A DNA stretch of 57,885 nucleotides, taken from Paramecium tetraurelia (lineage: Eukaryota). The number at the start of each line of letters is the position of its first letter. Positions within the stretch are counted from its first letter, which is position 1. The position numbers and the translations under genes were made by a program. The stretch spans positions 682,001 to 739,885 of the forward strand of contig CT868660.1 of the NCBI GenBank assembly GCA_000165425.1, given 5' to 3'. The notes beneath the pieces were generated by a model. It did no database searches. It saw only the letters and a program-made list of their open reading frames with translations, and was not told the origin of the DNA. This document shows, one piece after another, positions 54,001 through 57,885 of the stretch.

Positions 54001-54946
54001 TAAAATTGCTTAGCAAAATGTTAAACATCTTGCTTAAATTGTGATACTACTGGACGCGGTTGTCTATCATGTAAAACTGGTTACAAAAAAAAATAGATTA
54101 TTTATGCTATTCAATCTGTGGTGATAAAATCGTGGCTGAAGATTAATAATGTGATGATGACAATTTGATTGTTGGAGACGGATGCCATTTTTGTCTATTT
54201 AGTTGTTAGGACTCATGTCTTAATTGTCTTTAAGGAATCTGTTATGATTGCTAAGAAGGATATTAAAATTATAATCTAAATGTTATCCTACATTTGGAGA
54301 TGGTTTTTAGAAATGTAATGAATAATGTGAATTTAACTCTTCATTACAGATTTATCAAAATTGTAAAACTTGTAAATTTACTTGTGATTTGAATTGCTTG
54401 TTATGTTAATTTGGTATATGTTAACTATGCAATGATAGATATGAATTATCCTCAAACTAATAGTATTTTGTTAAATCTCTATCATATAATTTGATGATAA
54501 TAGGAAACTGTCGTGAATAAATTGGGAATAGTTGCATTTAATGAGAAGATTACGCTTACTTTGAAATAGCTTCGTAGAAGTGTAACTTAAGAGTAGCACT
54601 TTTAAGTTTTTGTCAATATTAACTTAAATTATTGTTAAGGTGATATTATTGTACATCTTGTAATGAAATAATTGTATAGATTGTTAAGATGGTTATGATT
54701 TAGGTGAGAATGTTTCTTGTATTTCATTTTGTGGGGATGGAATTTTAGCACATGATGAACTGTGTGAGATTTATGATAAGGGGTGCTTAAGTTGTATGTT
54801 TGATCCAACATTTTGTGAATGATGTTTCGGAGATCAATGTTTTTGGTGTGACCATGGGTATGGTGTGGGTGGGGGTGGGGGGGGCCGTGGATCCTAGTGT
54901 GGGGCGGGATAATAGTCCGGGTGAAGGCTGTGAGGGTAATGTTTGG

Positions 54947-55096
54947 NNNNNNNNNNNNNNNNNNNNNNNNNNNNNNNNNNNNNNNNNNNNNNNNNNNNNN
55001 NNNNNNNNNNNNNNNNNNNNNNNNNNNNNNNNNNNNNNNNNNNNNNNNNNNNNNNNNNNNNNNNNNNNNNNNNNNNNNNNNNNNNNNNNNNNNNNN
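54947..55096. other. Assembly gap (150 N)
   Basis: Run of N. Confidence 1.
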
Positions 55097-57885
55097 GTGT
55101 GCTTTTTTTTGAGTTGTTAATAATGTGATTTAAATTTACATTTTTTTATGGATTTTGTTATGAATAACAATAAAAAATTGATATATTTCCAAAATGTTTA
55201 TTAAACTTAAATGGATAATGCTTAATTTGTGAGAAAGATTTTTAATTAAATGAGTATGGTGATTGTTCTCCTAAATGTTAAGAAAATTGCATTTATTGTT
55301 ATAATGGTTCATGCTTTTAATGTGCTGAACAATATGAACTTTCTAAGAATCGATGCTTGCTAGTTTAGAATTGTTAAATAGGTCTTTATTTTAATTAATA
55401 GTTATAAATTTGCTAATCTTCATGTGGTGATGGATATGTAACTGGATGGGAAGAATGTGATGATTAAAATAGTGAAAAATTTGATGGTTGCTATTAGTGC
55501 AAATATGTATGTGATTTTAATTGTATATAATGTATATATGGGCAATGTTTACTATGTTCATAAGAATTTAATTTATTTTAGAATAAATGCTTATCAAAAT
55601 GTGAAGATACTTGCCTTAGTTGTGTTTAAGGAGTATGTTATTTATGCAGCAGTGGGTATTTCTTGAATGAATATTTCATTTGTATAAAAATAGACCCTTA
55701 ATATGATTTCAGTTGTACACCATATTGTGAAAAGTGTTTGAATGGAATATGTTAATCTTGTCACCTTAATTACCAATTGGATTAATTTAATAATTAATGT
55801 CAACCAATTCAAAATTTACCTATAATTTATTAATAACTAAATTGTAAATTATTCAATAATAACTAATGTATACTTTGTTAATTTGGATATCTTGATTTGA
55901 TTACCAGCACTTGTATAGTTGATGATAATATGAATAAATGCTCTAAAAATTGTAAAAAATGTGTACTTTCCAAGTGTCTAGAATGTATATTCTGGATACA
56001 AATTTATGCCTAAATGTGGAGATGGTATTAAAATTTAGGAAGAGGAATGTGATGACGGAAGTGAGTACTAATTAGATTCATGTGTTAATTGTAAATACTA
56101 GTGTCCTCAATATTGTATGTCCTGTGCTTAAGGAATTTGTACTAATTTTTTTTCAGGGTTTTATTTGGATATTATAAGTAATTCATGCAATTCTGTTTGC
56201 GGTGATAAGATACTAGCAAGTGATGAAGTTTGCGATGATGGCAATTAATTTGGATATGATGGTTGTTTCGAATGTAAATATTAAAGTCGAATGGAGTGTT
56301 TAGATTGCTAATTTGGAAAATGTACATCCTGTGAACCACCTTTAATACAATCAAACGAAATTTGTGCATAACTAAATTTACGTGATAATTTAAAAGGATT
56401 GTATTATGATAACGATAGTAATGATTGTTTGCCACAATGTGGAGATGGTATTGTTGCAGGCAATGAATATTGTGATGATGAGAATGACGTTCCTTATGAT
56501 GGATGTAATGAATGCAAATTTTAATGTACAAATTATTGTCAAATATGCAACAAAGGGGAATGTTTTTAATGCGATTCTCACTATAACTTATAAAATAGTT
56601 AATGTTTGTAAAATAAAGAAAACGACGATCATAATTCTGGCATTAGTGAAGAAACATAAAATAATCATACCAGTAATAACAATACAAGTAGTTATGATTA
56701 AAATACAGAATGGTTGTCATTAAATGACAATAAGATATGCAGAGAATAAGAATGCGTATACTCTAAACAACCAAATATGAAAACTTACGTATAAAATGTA
56801 ATCCTTTGCTCTGTAGTATGTTGAAATTACATTTGATTAAGAAGTTAAATTTAGTGATTAGCTGAAAACAGACAACCATCTATTTGACATATGCATTAAT
56901 GACTTAGATTCCAATACTTATAATATCACAATCAATTCTACTCAATAAATCTCAATAGATCTTTAATATCCTTAGTATTTGGTTTAAATTGAATTATTTT
57001 ACATAGCTTAAAACAAAACCAGTTCTTTTAGTTTCATTGTAATCAAGAAATTGTTAACTCAAACAATTAAACAGTTCTTGAGTTCCTAATTAGTCAATTG
57101 TTTTATAGCCACCAAATATAATTTCTTAATAAATTAGATAAGTATCTATTTATGCTTAAACATCCAATAAAGCATTTATGATTGGAGCAATATCAATATG
57201 TGTAATTACTTTTGTTACTGGTGAAAATTCTTTTGTAATATCAATCATTCTTAAAATTTATTAATGTTGACTATCCTGAAAACCTTCACATATATTTTTA
57301 AGCATAAGAATTGCTATCTAAAACAACTTATTTAAAACTTTTTGAAATTGATGATTATTTAAACTTAATAACAAGAAAGGAAAATTTCATAGAACTAAAT
57401 GGAAAATTTTAATAATATCATTTAGAAGCTGATCTTTTTACTAATATTTTACCACAATTAATTTAATGTTTAGGTTTGTTAACACTCCTTTATTTTGCAG
57501 AAAATATTTATAATATGCTTTTTAGATTAAGTAAATATATGAGGCTTCTTAAAAATGAAAAAACGATATAATCAAAGATTTTATTAGTAGCGATGAAATT
57601 TATACTAGTTTGCAAAAATTGCTTCAAATCATTAATGAAAACTAAATACCTCTAGAATTACGGTTAAATAATACAACTTCTTTACGTTAACTCATCTGAT
57701 TTGATATTTAAAGTGATTTTGCAACTTCATTATACTCAAATAGACAATTTGAGAAGTATTTTAAGTACTTTTTCTGCATTTAAGGTATTTTTCACTTGCA
57801 TATGCTTGTTATTAAAATCTTTAAGGGTAATCTACGATCCTAAGAAAAAAAAAGTAATAGCAAAACTAGACATAAAATACATTCC

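Larger units (their letters stand above)
48800..57885 (+). pseudogene. Decayed giant cysteine-rich membrane/surface protein gene (furin-like CxxC and 'CGDG..EECDDGN..DGC' repeats, C-terminal TM region)
   Basis: Many CGDG/ECDD/DGC units between about 53.3 and 56.6 kb. C-terminal SNKAFMIGAISICVITF..QSFLKFINVDYPENL. Numerous frameshifts and in-frame TGA (e.g. 54542-54544). Runs off the window end. Whether 48.8-52.9 kb belongs to the same gene is inferred. Confidence 0.8.

Noticed and set aside
54855..54946. G-rich tract (possible G-quadruplex or telomere)
   Set aside because: Abuts an assembly gap, does not match G3T3/G4T2 periodicity, and looks like a low-quality read end of a CGDG repeat.
1..57885. 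Short ORFs in the supplied six-frame track
   Set aside because: Computed with TAA/TAG as stops. Most are fragments of real genes or antisense shadows (e.g. 7258-8047 minus, 21351-21644 plus, 28456-28869 minus).

Overview
AT-rich ciliate macronuclear DNA, very probably Paramecium and likely P. tetraurelia. TAA/TAG read as Gln and TGA is the only stop, introns are tiny (about 21-29 nt, GT..AG), there are trichocyst matrix protein genes, and there are C3A3/C4A2 telomeric repeats. The supplied ORF track uses the wrong genetic code, so I re-read the genes by eye. Positions 1-38 kb are gene-dense: RBR E3 ligase, ankyrin-PH-AGC kinase, LMBR1-family protein, coiled-coil protein, CaMKK-like kinase, PGP-repeat protein, pseudokinase, separase, trichocyst matrix protein T2, exportin-like HEAT protein, type-I membrane protein, AMPK-gamma-like CBS protein, PB1-like/ZZ-ZZ protein, RPL18a and a CCR4/Angel-type nuclease. 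From about 38 kb the region changes character. It holds a frameshifted trichocyst gene, degenerate sequence, an internal telomere tract at an assembly gap (42.44 kb), a pentapeptide protein with about 21 WD40 repeats whose variation resembles fungal HET-E-type receptors, and a ~9 kb decayed Cys-rich membrane-protein gene. The most interesting candidates are this variable, telomere-adjacent WD40 locus and two tandem gene pairs separated by very short, in-frame, stop-free spacers. Family calls rest on motifs read by eye; no searches were run.
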